This document shows, piece by piece, positions 61,226 to 64,000 of a stretch of 64,000 bases of DNA. The DNA lies in NCBI GenBank assembly GCA_964291315.2, contig OZ219753.1, positions 1,312,001 to 1,376,000 on the forward strand, in the 5' to 3' direction. This stretch comes from Candidatus Poribacteria bacterium (lineage in GTDB: Bacteria; Poribacteria; WGA-4E; WGA-3G). The translations under genes and the position numbers were made by a program. Within the stretch, counting starts at the first letter, position 1; every line of letters begins with the position of its first letter. A model generated the notes under the pieces. It had not been told where the DNA came from. It ran no database searches and worked only from the letters and a program-made list of their open reading frames with translations.

Positions 61226-62347
61226 TTATCCGTTCACCTGTCTATTAATCTGCCGTCCTTTCCACTGTAAACGGCCGCGTTTGAACTGACAGAATGAATT
61301 GATACCAATCAGCAGAGTAGTCAAAATGCCAAGTGGGTGCAAAACAACACTTGTAAAGAACGGATGTCTGTATTTCAATGCCAGTACAGCGCGTATAACA
61401 GTGTTCATAGAGATTGCAGCGAGCGAGAGGGGTCTAAGCGATGCAGAACAGACCGTGATATACGGTAAAACGCAGATTGTGAACAGCACCAGCGTTAAAA
61501 TAAAAAACGGGACTGTTTTGTAACGCACTAGCCCAAAAAGATTTTTGGAAAATCCGCTCCACACTTCACTGAACGAATGGTACATCCTACAACGTACTAA
61601 GCGCGTGCCAGCCAAGGTCAAGATTTTGATGCCCCTCTTTTTTGCCAAGCGACTTAATTCAACGTCTTCAACAATTTGATTCGAGACTGCCTGGTGTCCA
61701 CCGACCTGTCGGTATGCCTCGCGGGTAAACGCGATCCATAGACCGCTCGCCGCTGCGAGCGAGGGGAAACGACTAAAATATGTTAACCATAACGGTAGCC
61801 CAGCATAAACGAACATATCAATCACCGGTACCACGAGTTTTTCTGCGAATGTTCCTGTCACCTTCTCTGGAAACGCTGACAATAATCCAAGTTCAAACTT
61901 TTCCATGTAGGCAACAGTATTAGCAATCGCGTCCGGTGCGGGACGGTTATCGGCATCGGTGAAAATAAGTATGTCGCCGCTGGCATGTTGGCTCAATTGA
62001 TGGCACGCCCAATTTTTCCCCAACCAGCCTGAAGGTAACGATTCGCCCCGAATTGCTTGAACCTTCGGATACCGTTTCGCAAATTTTTCAATGATAGATC
62101 CAGTGAGATCCATCGATTGGTCGTCAAGAACGTGAATCTCAAAATTGTCATACTTCTGGGCCAAGAACCCTTGGATACAACTGCCTATATTGGATTCCTC
62201 GTTGCGAGCGGGAATCAGCACCGAGACGCACGGACAGTTTCGGCAATCATCTGCGTTTTTGAGCATCGGTGCAGTTAACGCATTAAACAACGTGACCGTC
62301 AAGGCAACTGTCAATATCCCGGTAGCGATAAACATCAGTACAAACAA
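61226..62347 (-). CDS. GT2 carotenoid glycosyltransferase (CruG/CrtQ-like)
   Basis: IPARNEE, LDDQS.D, GWLGKNWAC, FTDAD, VEDVEL and CRMY motifs. Confidence 0.85.
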   Translation of the reverse strand: MFVLMFIATGILTVALTVTLFNALTAPMLKNADDCRNCPCVSVLIPARNEESNIGSCIQGFLAQKYDNFEIHVLDDQSMDLTGSIIEKFAKRYPKVQAIRGESLPSGWLGKNWACHQLSQHASGDILIFTDADNRPAPDAIANTVAYMEKFELGLLSAFPEKVTGTFAEKLVVPVIDMFVYAGLPLWLTYFSRFPSLAAASGLWIAFTREAYRQVGGHQAVSNQIVEDVELSRLAKKRGIKILTLAGTRLVRCRMYHSFSEVWSGFSKNLFGLVRYKTVPFFILTLVLFTICVLPYITVCSASLRPLSLAAISMNTVIRAVLALKYRHPFFTSVVLHPLGILTTLLIGINSFCQFKRGRLQWKGRQINRQVNG

Positions 62348-62377
62348 TACTATTACCCTACCTTTAATCGCTAATCA

Positions 62378-63034
62378 TTAAAGCAAATTTCGCCCCGCCT
62401 CTTGACCAAGGATTCGCACTGCCAAATCCTCCAACAAAACGTTCTCGGTCTTTTCCAGCCAATCCATGCCGTAAAATGTGTCTGGATCGCACGAATAAAC
62501 ATCCCCAAACAAAAAAAACACCTTCGGACGTTTCTCACCGAGAAACTCGGTGCGGATACCTAGCGGAAGAACGGCTATTTGTTTTCCATACGCCCGTAAA
62601 ATCCGTTCAATGCCGCGCTTATAGCCGAGGGGACGGGTGTGCCACGGCAGCAGTTCACCCTGAGGAAAGATGGAGACCAGCGGTGTTCCTTGATTCAATA
62701 CCTCAACAGTGTATTCTAGCGACTCAACAATACCTTGCCGATGTTTCGGTTCTATGGAATAAGCCCCAAGCTTCGCAAAGAACTTGTATTTGGATAACTG
62801 CTCCTCAAGCATCATCAAATAGGCAGTTCGCTGGAAAATTCGTTTATTGAGCAGATAAACGAAGAATCCATCCCACCAGGTACTGTGATTCGGAAGCAAC
62901 AGCACGGGTAAATGAGACGGAATTTCCGGCAGCGCCCCCAAAACCTGAATCGTGTGAAAATGCCGCCTGAATAACCATGTGAGATACGGCTGGAAAATGA
63001 AGTCTGCCCAAAGCCGATGCTGTGCACGAATCAT
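62378..63034 (-). CDS. PlsC-like acyltransferase, probably a carotenoid glycoside acyltransferase
   Basis: NHSTWWDG and IFPQG motifs; carotenoid cluster context. Confidence 0.8.
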   Translation of the reverse strand: MIRAQHRLWADFIFQPYLTWLFRRHFHTIQVLGALPEIPSHLPVLLLPNHSTWWDGFFVYLLNKRIFQRTAYLMMLEEQLSKYKFFAKLGAYSIEPKHRQGIVESLEYTVEVLNQGTPLVSIFPQGELLPWHTRPLGYKRGIERILRAYGKQIAVLPLGIRTEFLGEKRPKVFFLFGDVYSCDPDTFYGMDWLEKTENVLLEDLAVRILGQEAGRNLL

Positions 63035-63957
63035 TTATGTATCACAGAGTGTGCTGGACATAGTTTCTCTTGTGCTGATAGGAATTTCGATCGTAACCCC
63101 TCATGTACGAGAACCCCTACTTTCTGGAACGTCGGCACAAAAACCCGCCCCAAGAATGGATTGTAATTTTGGGATTCGATCCTTCTTAAGATACCCCGGT
63201 ATATTTTAGCAGCCGAATAAATTGCATACTGGGATTCCGTATTGAGCAAGGAAATCCCTGGGAGCGCACCGGTGTAGTAAGCGTCTGCACGTTCAACTTG
63301 GAACTTGATGAGTGCTTTTAACCGAGGAGTCATTTTCTCTTGCAAGATATCTTCTTCAGAGACACCGAAGCGCACCAAATCTGCCTGCGGCAAATAGATA
63401 CGGCCCAACTCTTTGTCTTCCTTGACATCCCGCAGAATGTTCGTCAGTTGCATAGCAGTGCCAAGGCGCTTAGCATAGTCGAAGACTCGCTTGTCTTTAT
63501 AACCGAGAACGTGAGTCATCATCAGTCCAACGACGGACGCAACTCGATAGCAGAAGAGAGAGAGCTCATCAAACGTTTTGTATCGTGCCTGTTGCACATC
63601 CATAGCAACCCCTTTGAGCAGGTCAAGAGGATAGGCAATCGGAATTGCATAAGATTTAGCAACAAGTATGAAGGCGCGAATGACAGGGTGTTCAGATTCA
63701 CCCGTATTGTAGGCAATCCGTAATTCTTCCGCTAACCATCTGATCTCTCTGAGAATCTCCGCCTCCGTTCGTTGCCGTGGCGTATCAATCAAATTGTCAC
63801 AATGCCGACAGAAGCCATACAACGCGTATGTTGCCCAACGACGCTTGCTGGGCAACACCCGAGTGGAGAAGTAAAAACTTTTTGAATAATAGGCAGTTAT
63901 CCTGCGTGCATGTTCAAAAGCTGCACGATTCTCTGCTGCTGGTTTCCACAATTTCAT
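63031..63957 (-). CDS. crtB: Phytoene synthase
   Basis: SKSFYF, YGFCR..DNLID, YRVASVVG and MQLTNILRDVKED...GRIYLP motifs. Confidence 0.93.
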   Translation of the reverse strand: MKLWKPAAENRAAFEHARRITAYYSKSFYFSTRVLPSKRRWATYALYGFCRHCDNLIDTPRQRTEAEILREIRWLAEELRIAYNTGESEHPVIRAFILVAKSYAIPIAYPLDLLKGVAMDVQQARYKTFDELSLFCYRVASVVGLMMTHVLGYKDKRVFDYAKRLGTAMQLTNILRDVKEDKELGRIYLPQADLVRFGVSEEDILQEKMTPRLKALIKFQVERADAYYTGALPGISLLNTESQYAIYSAAKIYRGILRRIESQNYNPFLGRVFVPTFQKVGVLVHEGLRSKFLSAQEKLCPAHSVIHK

Positions 63958-64000
63958 GATACTTCCTCCTCTCCCGATTAATGGTTGAGAACACTAAAAT

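Overview
Bacterial chromosomal window from a diderm organism (it encodes LolA and an outer-membrane beta-barrel). It is probably Candidatus Poribacteria, inferred from the LDLR-B/Big_1/'NYPNPFNPETWIPYQLA' secreted protein and the repeat style. Housekeeping content: a tetrapyrrole operon (hemB-hemL-ispB-sirC-like-ccsA-hemA-hemC-cobA/hemD-comEA), ppdK, lolA-pgsA-thpR-recA, metH and a carotenoid cluster (crtB, acyltransferase, glycosyltransferase, cruF, crtW). A complete Pup-proteasome operon (arc-dop-pup-prcB-prcA-pafA) is present. The accessory region (about 14.5-32.5 kb) holds the most unusual signals: (i) an unannotated ~128-nt structured RNA with a near-perfect sigma54 promoter just downstream of rtcB; (ii) six tandem, mosaic Uma2/DUF820 nuclease genes whose coiled-coil tails vary in 21-bp steps, four preceded by their own sigma70 promoter; (iii) a four-helix pseudoknotted 5' leader before a 1319-aa secreted adhesin-like gene; (iv) a ~600-bp inverted repeat carrying two STAS genes around an outer-membrane protein gene. 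Both restriction-modification genes in the window are broken by a single missing base in a short G/C run. All calls were made by eye, without database searches.
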